From: Candidatus Multivoradales bacterium | GTDB lineage: Bacteria > Acidobacteriota > Thermoanaerobaculia > Multivoradales > Multivoraceae | DNA: 64,000 nucleotides | NCBI GenBank assembly: GCA_965223325.1 | Contig: CBDCWI010000001.1 | Location: forward strand, 1,376,001-1,440,000 | Reading direction: 5' to 3' | Shown here: positions 7,745 through 17,654 of the stretch, piece by piece | How positions within the stretch are numbered: the first letter of the stretch is position 1 | How the letters are laid out: every line of letters starts with the position of its first letter | The notes under the pieces: generated by a model | Database searches by the model: none | What the model was told of the DNA's origin: nothing | What the model saw: the letters and a program-made list of their open reading frames with translations, nothing else | Made by a program: the position numbers and the translations under genes

Positions 7745-10423
7745 TCAGGGTTCGCAAGCTACCTCGACCACCACCCGGCGGTAGACCCCGTTCGACTCGA
7801 CCGCCCACTTCCCGTCCCAGAAGTTCAGACTTGCGTAGTCGTGGCTCTCTGAGTTCGTGCTGCAGCAACTCGCAAAGTTTTCGAAGGAGAGCGGTGTCCC
7901 GTCGACCCACACAAACGTTCCCTCCGTCGCACTGTCGGTGAGGCCCAGCCACACGCTTTCGCTGGTGTTGTCGAGGATGAACCGGTTCTTGGCCGGGCTA
8001 TCTACCACCACCGGGCTCGCGTCGACGGATTGGGCAAGCGCCAACTGCTCGGTCCAGGGAGCCTTCTGATCACTCAGGAAATACTCGTTGCCGTCGAACT
8101 CACCGAGACTCGTAAAGCCTGAAAGGCTCTCGGGACAGCTCGGCTCTGCCGGTTCACACGCCAGCTCGAGAACCGCATGGCGCCACACCAACTCGCTATC
8201 GAAGCTCCACGACCCTCCCCAGAAGTTGGCTACCGCGTAGTCCCGCGACTCGCTATTGCCACTGCTGTTGTCATAGGTCACGGCGTCGCCGTTCGACCAG
8301 CGGAGTATGCCCTCCTCTCCTTCATCGTTGAGCCCAATGAACGCCATCGTGCCAGAGGACGCAAGCTGTCCGGCCAGCCAACTGTCCTGTGTGGCGGAGT
8401 GGATCGAAGCGAGATCGCCACCGGCCGCGAGCGCTCGACTGCGGGCCACCGGCCAGGTGCGTTTGTCGTCCGAGAGAAAGAAGTGTCTTTGGCCAAACGC
8501 TCCAAGAAAGGAATAACCATCGACCGCTTCGGGGCACGGACCGGTCGCAGGCTCGTAGAGTTCGAGGACCGCACTCAGCTGATCATCCGCCATCCGAATC
8601 TCCGGCAGAAAGCGGTTGCGCGAAAGACTCATCAAAGTATCCCGCCAACCAATCGCTTCGAGTGCAGATGACTCGTTGAGGTACGAAAGGATGCGGTTGT
8701 CCAGCCCCCCTGACGATGTCTGATCGCTCGAGCGCCGAAGCACGTAGCTGCCGACATGACCAACCGCCAGGTCGTGCTCGAATCGCCACGCCACGTGGGC
8801 GATCTCGTGGGTGGTGATACTGGTCGCGAGGCGTCGATCGTTCGACGTGTCCCAGACGGTACTCGGAGCATGCACCGTTGGGCGACCCCAGAGACCGCTT
8901 CGCTGGTAGTCGATCGAAAAGAGCGGCTGTCGAAAGGCGGTCTGAATCTCGACATCGCTCTGGCCGGCGCCCGACCCGGAGCTCGTCGCCCAGGTCATGT
9001 ACACCGTGAGGTCTTCGCCGGCACTTCGCGTCGGCCGCAGTGCTTCGAGCTCGGCAGCGACCTCGAAACGGTTTTCGGTTGCGTAGATCTGGCGGATCAG
9101 CTCGAGGTCCCCCTGGTCCCCAGGATCGAGCGCCCGCGTCGGATCATGGGCGAGGCCATTCCACCAGTCGAGATAGTCGATCGGAAGATCCGCCAGCGGC
9201 ACCTCTTCCATCGTGACCTCGAGGGTGAACCACTCCTTGGTAGCAAAATGAAAGTAGTCCTCGACGTCCTCGGCGAACGCGGCATAACGTGTGCTTCCGA
9301 GACCGAGGTCGGGAAAAACGATACGGACATCAAAACTCTCGAGCACCTCGCCGGAGCTGACCGGTACGGTCCCAGCGGGAGAATCTAAGAGGGTGAGCAG
9401 TGTCGAAGCCGCGCCGCCTACCGTTGGCCCGCTCGGGTCGCTCGGTTCGGTCCCCGGCGGCAGCGGTAGCAACCCTTCGTCCCAGTGGGTGAACGTCGCC
9501 GTTGCCCGAAGGGTGCCCGAAAGATCGACCGACAGGAGATCGGGCGGGAGGTGAAAGAACTGGACGAGCACCGGTCCCGCCTGTTGCTGGATCGTCGATG
9601 CCGCGACGGCTTCGCCAGCGGCGACCCAGGCGGCGGCCGGATAAACCTCCAACCACGGGAACTCGCCGCCACCGGTCATGAGTGCCAGGTCGAGGGTCAC
9701 GCGGTTGTCGAGGTCCGCCATTCCGGATGTGTTGATCGCCAACGCCACCGGCTGACCAGTCGTCGCCGAAGCGGTCGCCGAGAGGGGCTGTCCACTCATG
9801 TCGTAGAGACGAACGACGGCCGGCGACGCCCCGGTCATCTCCGACTCGATGGCCTCGACCAGCGCCGAGATCGTCGCCTGGCTCGACGAAGGCGGCAGCA
9901 GATCGTCACTCAGCCCCTCTGCGATCGTGATCACGTTGCTCGAAAGAAACAGCGCGCCGCCCTGTGAATCCGTCAGTACATCGCCTACTTCGTCGTAGAA
10001 CAACCCCACCAAACGGTAGTCACCCGGGGCGAGGCCGAGGGTCGTCCACTCAAACGAGGTGGTCTTGTCCGCGTCGAAATAGACCCGGCGAACGAAGGCG
10101 TGGGCATTCGAACCGTCGTTCAGTTCAGGAGTGACCGTGCGCGCCAGGTTGGTCACCCAGCCGTCTGGCTGTGGAAGTGGAGACTGCACACGCAGGGCGC
10201 GCCCGATGCGATCACCCGGATGAGAAACCACATCGACCGTCAATCGGGCTCCGGACGGTACGACGATGCTGCTGCCGGCGGGCTGGCCCGGGGCGCTGAT
10301 CGAGATTTGCGACTGCTGCGCGATGCCTGGGCTGCCGATCGCCACAGCGATCGCAAGAGCAATCAGCGTGAACAGGGCGAGACGTGAACCTTTCAGTGCA
10401 CAACATTTTCGGATGGCGGGCAT
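7745..10423 (-). CDS. Secreted zincin-like metallopeptidase-motif protein with two C-terminal C-type lectin domains
   Basis: Signal peptide from ATG 10423; THEIAHVAWRFEH and a downstream LMS Met-turn-like motif; two CTLD repeats (FIGLNDEGEEGILRWSNG, WLGLTDSATEGTFVWVDG). Confidence 0.75.
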   Translation of the reverse strand: MPAIRKCCALKGSRLALFTLIALAIAVAIGSPGIAQQSQISISAPGQPAGSSIVVPSGARLTVDVVSHPGDRIGRALRVQSPLPQPDGWVTNLARTVTPELNDGSNAHAFVRRVYFDADKTTSFEWTTLGLAPGDYRLVGLFYDEVGDVLTDSQGGALFLSSNVITIAEGLSDDLLPPSSSQATISALVEAIESEMTGASPAVVRLYDMSGQPLSATASATTGQPVALAINTSGMADLDNRVTLDLALMTGGGEFPWLEVYPAAAWVAAGEAVAASTIQQQAGPVLVQFFHLPPDLLSVDLSGTLRATATFTHWDEGLLPLPPGTEPSDPSGPTVGGAASTLLTLLDSPAGTVPVSSGEVLESFDVRIVFPDLGLGSTRYAAFAEDVEDYFHFATKEWFTLEVTMEEVPLADLPIDYLDWWNGLAHDPTRALDPGDQGDLELIRQIYATENRFEVAAELEALRPTRSAGEDLTVYMTWATSSGSGAGQSDVEIQTAFRQPLFSIDYQRSGLWGRPTVHAPSTVWDTSNDRRLATSITTHEIAHVAWRFEHDLAVGHVGSYVLRRSSDQTSSGGLDNRILSYLNESSALEAIGWRDTLMSLSRNRFLPEIRMADDQLSAVLELYEPATGPCPEAVDGYSFLGAFGQRHFFLSDDKRTWPVARSRALAAGGDLASIHSATQDSWLAGQLASSGTMAFIGLNDEGEEGILRWSNGDAVTYDNSSGNSESRDYAVANFWGGSWSFDSELVWRHAVLELACEPAEPSCPESLSGFTSLGEFDGNEYFLSDQKAPWTEQLALAQSVDASPVVVDSPAKNRFILDNTSESVWLGLTDSATEGTFVWVDGTPLSFENFASCCSTNSESHDYASLNFWDGKWAVESNGVYRRVVVEVACEP

Positions 10424-10708
10424 GGAGAATCTCCACTCGAGTGATGACAGTGAATCCACCCCCACCGGTCGACGCGACGACGTGACCCGGACTTCACGCG
10501 CTTGACTTTGCGGCGCCAAAAACCGCGCCCCGCCAATCAACGGATCCGCTGATCGAAATGGGAGCGAGGGCTCATCGGACAGACTATCGGGCGTGGAAGG
10601 CCATCGATTCTACCAAGCGATCTGCGCTCGCCTTCGCCCTCGAGTCGCCTCGACTCTGGCTGACCGGGCCCAGCGAGCGCTGCCTCCAACCTCCTCGCGT
10701 CGCGAGGT

Positions 10709-11794
10709 TCAGCCAGAAATGGCTTGCTGGCGGAGGGCGTGATCGGCGAGAACAAGGAGGACCATGGCCTCCCCCATCGGCACGAAGCGCGGTAGGAGGC
10801 AGGGGTCGTGACGGCCGACGACGGTGATCTCGGTCGCCTCGCCAGCAGAATCGACGGTGCCCTGAGTACGGGGGATGCTCGAGGTCGGCTTGACAGCGCA
10901 GCGCAGCACGATGGGCATGCCCGAAGAGATGCCTCCGAGCATTCCGCCGTGGCGATTGGTTTCAGTTCGAATCTCTGAGCCGGCACGCATGAAGCGATCG
11001 TTGTTCTCGCTTCCACGGCTGGTTGCAACGCTCCAGCCAGCGCCATACTCGACCCCAACGACCGCCGGCAAACTGAAAAGGGCCTTGCCGAGATCTGCCT
11101 TGAGCTTGTCGAACACTGGTTCACCCCAGCCCGCCGGCACGCCGGTGGCGACGATCTGGGAGACACCGCCGATCGAGTCACCGTCGTCGCGCAGGTTTTC
11201 GATCAGGTCGATCATGTGCTCGGCAGCCTGCGGGTCAGGACAGCGCACGATGTTGGCCTCGACCTGTTCCAGGCTCACCGACGCTGGATCGGCGACGCTC
11301 GCTTCGATCTCACCGACCTGTTGCACCCAGCCGACCACCGCGACACCAAAGCGTTCGCTCAGGAACTTGCGCGCAATCGCTCCGGCGGCGACTCGAACTG
11401 CGGTCTCGCGAGCACTCGCCCGACCACCGCCACGGTGATCACGGCGGCCGAACTTGGCGTCGAAGGTGAAATCGGCATGGCCGGGACGGTAGGCGTCCTC
11501 CAGGTTGCCGTAGTCGCGCGAGCGCTGATCGGCGTTCCTGATCAGGATCCCGATCGGAGTGCCCGTGGTCTGACCGTCGAAGACCCCCGACAGGATCTCG
11601 GGAGCGTCGGCCTCATCGCGCTGGGTGGTGACCTTCGACTGCCCTGGCCGGCGGCGCTCGAGATCGGGAATCAGGTCTTCCACGGACAGCGCGAGGCCTG
11701 GCGGTATGCCATCGACGATGGCGACGTAGCCGGGGCCATGGCTCTCGCCGGCGGTCGTGACGCGGAAACTGTGGCCAAAGGTGCTACCGGGCAT
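10709..11794 (-). CDS. aroC: Chorismate synthase
   Basis: TTAGESHG, RPGHAD, GGGRASARET, GGISSG, KPTSSI, GRHDPC. Confidence 0.97.
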   Translation of the reverse strand: MPGSTFGHSFRVTTAGESHGPGYVAIVDGIPPGLALSVEDLIPDLERRRPGQSKVTTQRDEADAPEILSGVFDGQTTGTPIGILIRNADQRSRDYGNLEDAYRPGHADFTFDAKFGRRDHRGGGRASARETAVRVAAGAIARKFLSERFGVAVVGWVQQVGEIEASVADPASVSLEQVEANIVRCPDPQAAEHMIDLIENLRDDGDSIGGVSQIVATGVPAGWGEPVFDKLKADLGKALFSLPAVVGVEYGAGWSVATSRGSENNDRFMRAGSEIRTETNRHGGMLGGISSGMPIVLRCAVKPTSSIPRTQGTVDSAGEATEITVVGRHDPCLLPRFVPMGEAMVLLVLADHALRQQAISG

Positions 11795-11875
11795 GCTGGG
11801 GATTATCCATGATCGAGCGAATCCTCGGAGGCGAGAGCCGCACGCGGCAGGCGTCAGGCCTTAGTCTAGGGAGCA

Positions 11876-14179
11876 ATGAAGCATCCAGACAGCGCGACGC
11901 GGGAACTCGTCCTGGTCGGCGGCGGACACACCCATGTCCAGGTCCTGCGCCGGCTGGCCATGGCTCCGATCGATGACCTCGGGGTCACGGTGGTGCTCGA
12001 CGTGCCGGTAGCGGTCTACTCCGGCATGGTGCCGGGGTTCGTTGCTGGCCAGTATGACCGCCGCGAGCTCGAGATCGACGTCGTACCGCTGGCGCGCCGA
12101 GCCGGTGCGCGGGTGGTGCTCTCGGCGGCCACCGCGATCGACGCGGCTGCCAAACAGATCCACCTCGAGAACCGGGCTCCAATCTCCTATGACGTGGCGT
12201 CATTAGACGTCGGCTCGACGGTCGCTGGCCTGGAAACTCCCGGCGTGCGCCAGTTCGCTTTGCCCACTCGGCCAGTCGCGCGCCTCATCGAGCACATCGA
12301 TCGCTACCTGGCGCACAAGATCAACGCCGACACCGAGGAGCCGCCGCGCATCGCCGTCGTTGGCGCCGGTGCAGGTGGGGTCGAGTTGGCCTTCGCGATC
12401 AGGAATCGCCTCGCCAATGCCGGCCGCGGCTCACTCGTTTCCCTGGTGTTTGCAACCACACGCCCGCTTCCATCGTACCGCGAGAGCGTCGCCGCCAAGA
12501 TCATCAAAGAGGCAAAGCGCCAGCAGATAGCGCTCGTGCCCGCCAGCCGCGTCGTTGCCGTTTCCGCCACTGGCTTGGAGCTGGAGAGTGGCGAGCGCAT
12601 CGCCGCAGAAGCCGTCATCTGGGTGGCAGGCGCTGCTCCGCCAGCGGTGATTCGGGACTCTGACCTCCCCAAGGACGACCTGGGTTTCGTGCGCATCGAC
12701 GATTCGTTACGCGTCATCGGTCACCGCGACCTGTTCGCCGCCGGCGACTGCGCCAGCTTGGCGGCCGACCCGCCGGTTCCCAAGGCCGGCGTGTACGCGG
12801 TGCGCCAGGGGCCGGTGCTGGCTGAGAACCTGACCGCCCGGTTGACCGGCGGACGCCTGCGCTCCTATCGGCCGCAGCGCGACTTTCTCACCCTCCTCAA
12901 CCTCGGCGACGGACGGGCGCTGGGAACCAAGTGGGGTCAGAGCGCGCTCGGGCCTTACATGATGCGCCTGAAAGACCGTATCGACCGCGAGTTCATGCGG
13001 CGCTTCCAGGTCCTCCAGGAGGACGGGCAACTGACCGACGAGTTCGCCTCGGCACCTGCGATGACAGACGATTCCGAAGAAATGCGGTGTGGCGGCTGCG
13101 CCGCCAAGGTCGGCCAGAGCGAACTGGCACGTGCCCTGGCACGGGTCGGTGACCTGGCAGGCGACGTGGCAGCTAGCACCAACCAGCAACTCACAGCGAC
13201 CAAGCGTGCGATCCAGATCAGCGGTCCGCTCGGTCGTTCGCTGCTCGGTGTCCGCGGGGGCGATGACGCCTCTGCCTGGCAGACGCCCTCGGGCGATGTC
13301 GTGGTCACCAGCGTCGACGCCTTCAGTGCCTTCACTCGCGACCACTGGCTGGTCGGCCGGGTGGCGGCGGTGAACGCAGCCTCTGATCTGCATGCCAAGG
13401 GCGTCGAGCCAAAGGTGGCGCTGGCGATCGTTTCGTTGCCCGAGGAGCTCGAGGGTCAGAGCGCCGAAGAGGCCCTCTTTCAGATTCTCGCCGGTGCCCG
13501 AGCGACCTTCGACCCTCTTGGCGTCGTGCTGCTCGGCGGCCACACCACGGCAGGACCAGATCTCCGCGTCGGCTTTCAGGTCGAGGGCACTCTCGACCGA
13601 ACCCGCTCCGCGTTACCCGTTGAAGGTCTCGAACCAGGACACGCCGTAGTCCTCAGCGCGCCGCTGGGCACCGGAGTCATCTTCCATGCCGACATGAAGG
13701 GTCGCTGTCGCGGCCCGTGGCTCGAAGCCGCGATCGACTCGATGGTGCGCGGCAACCGGAGCGCCGCAGCCCTCGCCCGCCAACACAACGTCTCAGCCTC
13801 GACCGACGTCTCGGGCTTCGGACTCGCCGGTCACGCAGCAGAAATGGCCTACCACTCGGGAGTCGACATCGAACTGCACACCGGGCAGATCCCCGCCCTC
13901 CCCGGGGCGCTCGAACTGCTCGAGCTCGGAGAGCGCTCGACATTTCACGACCGCATTGCCCGCATCCGTCGCGGCCTGCGCATCGACGGAGGCATCGAGC
14001 GAGCGCGGTTGGAGTTGATCTTCGATCCCCAGACGGCCGGCGGGCTCCTGCTCGGGTGTGCAGCCCTTGGAGCAGAGGAGCTGGTCGAGGCACTGCGGGC
14101 CGACGGCCGGCAAGCGGCCATCGTCGGCCAGGCAAAAAGGCCCGATTCAGCAAGCGGCAACCTCCACATCACCACCTAG
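11876..14179 (+). CDS. selD: Selenide, water dikinase fused to an N-terminal pyridine nucleotide-disulfide oxidoreductase domain
   Basis: N-terminal LVLVGGGHTH, YSGMVPG, GAGAGG, AAGDC, PKAGVYAVRQG; C-terminal CGGCAAK, DDA, NAASDLHAKG, GGHT, TDVSGFGLAGH, DPQTAGGLL. Confidence 0.92.
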   Translation: MKHPDSATRELVLVGGGHTHVQVLRRLAMAPIDDLGVTVVLDVPVAVYSGMVPGFVAGQYDRRELEIDVVPLARRAGARVVLSAATAIDAAAKQIHLENRAPISYDVASLDVGSTVAGLETPGVRQFALPTRPVARLIEHIDRYLAHKINADTEEPPRIAVVGAGAGGVELAFAIRNRLANAGRGSLVSLVFATTRPLPSYRESVAAKIIKEAKRQQIALVPASRVVAVSATGLELESGERIAAEAVIWVAGAAPPAVIRDSDLPKDDLGFVRIDDSLRVIGHRDLFAAGDCASLAADPPVPKAGVYAVRQGPVLAENLTARLTGGRLRSYRPQRDFLTLLNLGDGRALGTKWGQSALGPYMMRLKDRIDREFMRRFQVLQEDGQLTDEFASAPAMTDDSEEMRCGGCAAKVGQSELARALARVGDLAGDVAASTNQQLTATKRAIQISGPLGRSLLGVRGGDDASAWQTPSGDVVVTSVDAFSAFTRDHWLVGRVAAVNAASDLHAKGVEPKVALAIVSLPEELEGQSAEEALFQILAGARATFDPLGVVLLGGHTTAGPDLRVGFQVEGTLDRTRSALPVEGLEPGHAVVLSAPLGTGVIFHADMKGRCRGPWLEAAIDSMVRGNRSAAALARQHNVSASTDVSGFGLAGHAAEMAYHSGVDIELHTGQIPALPGALELLELGERSTFHDRIARIRRGLRIDGGIERARLELIFDPQTAGGLLLGCAALGAEELVEALRADGRQAAIVGQAKRPDSASGNLHITT

Positions 14180-14200
14180 CGCGGACCCCCGGCGGGCGCC

Positions 14201-14228
14201 GGGACCCAGGTGGGGACCCGGGTGGGGG
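14201..14228 (+). repeat. Intergenic G-rich tandem 12-bp unit, copy B
   Basis: gggacccaggtg gggacccgggtg gggg; lies just upstream of a TATACT -10 element (14237-14242). Confidence 0.55.
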
Positions 14229-14249
14229 CGGCCACCTATACTCGCCCGC

Positions 14250-15269
14250 ATGACGGAAACCGAGTCAACCTCTCCGCCGGGTCCAGGTGCGCCGCTCACC
14301 ATCGCGGTGATGGCGGCCGGGATTGGCTCGCGCTATGCGAGCGGTAACGCCGGCGGCGCGCTCAAGCAGCTCGAATCGGTCGGCCCGGACAGGGCCACGA
14401 TTACCGACTACATCGTCTTCGACGCCTGGCGCGCCGGCTTCGAAGAAGCTGTATTCGTGGTTCGGCCCGAGATCGAAGCAGACTTCCGCGAACGGATCGG
14501 TGATCGCATCGCTCGTCACCTGCCGGTGCGCTACGTTCATCAGACGGTTGAGAGTTTCGTGGCGCCCGCGACCCTCGAGGCGATCGAAGCCACCGCCGGC
14601 GCGCCACGCACGAAACCCTGGGGCACCGCCCATGCCGCGCTCTGTGCCGCCGCGACCATCGACGGCCCCTTCGCGCTCGTCAACGCCGACGACTGGTACG
14701 GGCCGCAGGCGTTCGGACATCTCGCGCGCGAGCTCACGAACCCAGCGGCAAGCAAGAGCGATCACGCCCTGGTGGGCTATCCGATCCGCGAGACTCTCTC
14801 GGACGAGGGTCCGGTTTCGAGAGGAGTTTGCGTGCTCGACGACGCCGGTGCTCTCACCGGGCTCTTGATCACGCCAGCCATCGAGCCCGACGGCGACAAC
14901 GCGGTCTACGAAGGCGAAGACGGCGAGCGCCACGCGGTTCCAGGCGGCGCCCTCGCATCGATGAACTGCTGGGGGTTCCGCGGCGGAATCCTGCCGGAGC
15001 TACGCACTGCCTTCGCCGACTTCATCGACAAGGTCGCCTCCGATCCATCGCCTCTTTCGGCTGAGATCGGTTTGCCCAACGTCGTGCTGACGGCGATCAG
15101 GGAGGGTCGAGCCCGGGTCAAATCGCTCCGTACAGACGATCGTTGGCTGGGCCTGACCCATCCCGGCGATCTCGAGCCCGCTCGCTCGAGCATCCGACGC
15201 TTCATCGACGCTGGCAGCTACCCGGAAACTCTCTGGCCAAGCGGTAGCACGCGGGAGGCGAGAGACTGA
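14250..15269 (+). CDS. Sugar-1-phosphate nucleotidyltransferase family protein
   Basis: VMAAGIGSRY, LKQLESVGP, RTKPWGTAHA, VNADDWYG, SMNCWGF, WLGLT; ATG at 14250 follows TATACT. Confidence 0.88.
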   Translation: MTETESTSPPGPGAPLTIAVMAAGIGSRYASGNAGGALKQLESVGPDRATITDYIVFDAWRAGFEEAVFVVRPEIEADFRERIGDRIARHLPVRYVHQTVESFVAPATLEAIEATAGAPRTKPWGTAHAALCAAATIDGPFALVNADDWYGPQAFGHLARELTNPAASKSDHALVGYPIRETLSDEGPVSRGVCVLDDAGALTGLLITPAIEPDGDNAVYEGEDGERHAVPGGALASMNCWGFRGGILPELRTAFADFIDKVASDPSPLSAEIGLPNVVLTAIREGRARVKSLRTDDRWLGLTHPGDLEPARSSIRRFIDAGSYPETLWPSGSTREARD

Positions 15270-16417
15270 ACACCAGGGAAAGAAGTAGCAGGGAAGAACG
15301 CGATCGGCAGGCGCTCGAAGAAGCCCGAACGGGGCTCAGGGCCTGGGGCATCGACCGGGAAACCGCAGCGATCTCCCCGATCGGCCACGGGCACATTCAC
15401 GAGACCTGGGAAGTTCGCGATCCGTCCGGCGAACGCTATGTCTTGCAGTGGCTCAACGGCAGCGTGTTCCCGGATCTCGAAGCGGTGGCCCAGAACATCG
15501 CAGTCGTCAGCGCGCACTTGCGACGAGCGGCCGAGCGCCGCGGCGAGGACCTCGGGCGCCGCGCTCTCGAAGTCCTCCCCGCCCGCGACGGCTCCAGCTG
15601 GATACCGCTCGAGCGCTCTCTCGACCAACCCCCCGCCGGCCTCAGGCTCTTGCGCTACATCGAAGGCTCGCGAGCGGTCGCCGAAGCCCGCAGCATCGAA
15701 GACGTGCGTGAAGTCGGGCTCACGGTGGCGCGGTTTCAGGCAGACCTCGAGGAGTTGTCGGTCGATGAACTCGCCGAAACCCTGCCAGGTTTCCATGACA
15801 CGCCGAGCCGCTTCGACGCTCTCGAAAGGTCCGCGGCCCGCGACCCCCTCGGACGCCTCGCCGAGTGTCGGGATGTTCTAGACGCCTACCGCACCCGCCG
15901 TGAGAGCGCCGGCCGCCTGCTCGAAGCGGCCGAACGCGGCGACATCCCGTGGCGGGTGGTCCACAACGACGCCAAGATCGCCAATGTGCTCTTCGACGAA
16001 ACCAGCGGAGAGGGCCTGTGCATGATCGACTTCGACACCGTCATGCCGGGGCTCAGGCTCTGGGACTACGGCGAGATGGTGCGCTCGATGGCCTCGCGGG
16101 TGCCCGAAGACGGTCGCGGGCCCGAGGGGCAGCGACTCGAGGTCACGATCGAAGCGCAGCGGCTCGACGTCCTGCGAGACGCCTATCTGGAAGTCCTCGG
16201 AGATCTCCTGACCCCGACCGAGCACATCATGCTCGAGCATGCCGGCGAGCTCCTCACCGCCGAGAACGGCGTGCGGTTTCTCGCCGACCACATCGAAGGC
16301 GATCCCTACTACCCGGTCTCACGCCCCGGCCACAACCTCGACCGGGCCCGCACCCAGCTGGCACTGCTCGAAGCTCTCGAGCGCTACCGCCTGGGCCGCC
16401 GGAAGGGGCGCCGCTAG
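15266..16417 (+). CDS. Aminoglycoside-phosphotransferase-fold sugar kinase (N-acetylhexosamine 1-kinase-like); probable CTG start
   Basis: GHGHIHETW (upstream of the track start at 15443), YVLQWLN, TLPGFHDT, HNDAKIANVLFD, IDFDT, RFLADHIEGDPYY. Confidence 0.85.
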   Translation: MNTRERSSREERDRQALEEARTGLRAWGIDRETAAISPIGHGHIHETWEVRDPSGERYVLQWLNGSVFPDLEAVAQNIAVVSAHLRRAAERRGEDLGRRALEVLPARDGSSWIPLERSLDQPPAGLRLLRYIEGSRAVAEARSIEDVREVGLTVARFQADLEELSVDELAETLPGFHDTPSRFDALERSAARDPLGRLAECRDVLDAYRTRRESAGRLLEAAERGDIPWRVVHNDAKIANVLFDETSGEGLCMIDFDTVMPGLRLWDYGEMVRSMASRVPEDGRGPEGQRLEVTIEAQRLDVLRDAYLEVLGDLLTPTEHIMLEHAGELLTAENGVRFLADHIEGDPYYPVSRPGHNLDRARTQLALLEALERYRLGRRKGRR

Positions 16418-16430
16418 GACCGGTTGTCGC

Positions 16431-17135
16431 TCAGTTGGCGGTGCACAGTCGCATCGGCGCAAGAAACTCCGCGATCCGCGCCGCGTCACCCACCGAACCG
16501 CTGAGATCGATCGCATCGGCAGAAGCCTCGGGTTGCGGGTCCGGCCCCCACCAGATCGCCGTGCGCCGACCGCCCTTTTCAGCGCAGCGAAACATCACCA
16601 CTGTGTTGAGCCCGTCGCGCGAGTCCTGGAGCACATCAACCTCGCCGCGATGAGTGACCCACAGGGCCTTACCACCGGCAATGTCGACTTCGCCGCGGCC
16701 CACCCGTTCGTCGAGGCGCAGGTTGATTCCGGCTTGTTCGAGAGCCTTGTCGTCCTCGGTGCGCCCTTCGAAGAAGTCGAGCAGTCGATCCTCCCCACCG
16801 ATCTTGAGTGTTCGGGTGTAGAGGAAGCCGTGCTCGCCACGAAACTGTGGGCGGCGCACGTCACCATCAGGGGCCGCTTCGCCATCGGTCAGGATCACGG
16901 TGTCGAGAACCATCGGGATGCCCATCGCAACCCCAACCTGGTAGCCCTCGGGGAGCTGGTCGAGGCCGAGCAGTTCTTCTGCCTTCTCAGCCCGCCGATC
17001 GGCGCTCTTCATGTCTTCTTGAAGGTTCCGCGCCCAGAGGGCGAGCAGGATCGAACCGGCGACGCCAACGGCGATCATGAAGAGACAGCCACAGCCGACG
17101 TAGAACCAGGGGGAACGTCCACTCTCTTGGGTCAT
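16431..17135 (-). CDS. Hypothetical N-terminally membrane-anchored protein
   Basis: PWFYVGCGCLFMIAVGVAGSILLALW N-terminal TM; GGAG RBS. Confidence 0.65.
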   Translation of the reverse strand: MTQESGRSPWFYVGCGCLFMIAVGVAGSILLALWARNLQEDMKSADRRAEKAEELLGLDQLPEGYQVGVAMGIPMVLDTVILTDGEAAPDGDVRRPQFRGEHGFLYTRTLKIGGEDRLLDFFEGRTEDDKALEQAGINLRLDERVGRGEVDIAGGKALWVTHRGEVDVLQDSRDGLNTVVMFRCAEKGGRRTAIWWGPDPQPEASADAIDLSGSVGDAARIAEFLAPMRLCTAN

Positions 17136-17249
17136 CAGGGATTCTCCGAGCGCTTTGTTCTGTCATGCTAACCGCGTCCGTCTACGAGAAGCAGCTACGG
17201 CTGCGGGCGAAACGCTATTCACCGCTCAGTCACCCCTGAGTCACCGCAC

Positions 17250-17609
17250 ATGCACGAGCACCCTGAAACAGTCGACCGCCAACCCGGTGGCCCCGTCGAG
17301 ACCGAGATCCGCCAACTGCTCGCCTCCGCGATCGACTGCACACATCTCGAAGTGTGGAACGAGAGCTCCAACCACTCGGTGCCGCCCGGATCCGAAAGTC
17401 ACTTCCGGGTTCTCGTTGTGTCTCCGTCGTTCGAAGGTGAGAAGCGCCTCGCTCGTCATCGACGCATCCACCGGGTTCTGGCGACACCGCTAGCTGGCCC
17501 GGTGCACGCCCTTGCGATCGAAGCGCACACCCCAGCCGAGTGGCAAGCAAGGGGCGGAGCCGTGGCCATCTCACCAGACTGCCTGGGTGGCTCGAAGAAC
17601 GACGCCTGA
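17250..17609 (+). CDS. bolA: BolA family protein
   Basis: NESSNHSVPPGSESHFRVLVVS, RHRRIH, VHALAIEAHTP, SPDCLGG. Confidence 0.93.
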   Translation: MHEHPETVDRQPGGPVETEIRQLLASAIDCTHLEVWNESSNHSVPPGSESHFRVLVVSPSFEGEKRLARHRRIHRVLATPLAGPVHALAIEAHTPAEWQARGGAVAISPDCLGGSKNDA

Positions 17610-17654
17610 GGCCCGCTCCCCTGAAGACGCTGACGCGATCGTCGGGCTCGAGAC

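Noticed and set aside
13082-13110. Selenocysteine recoding in SelD
   Set aside because: The motif is encoded as Cys (tgt ggc ggc tgc) with no in-frame TGA
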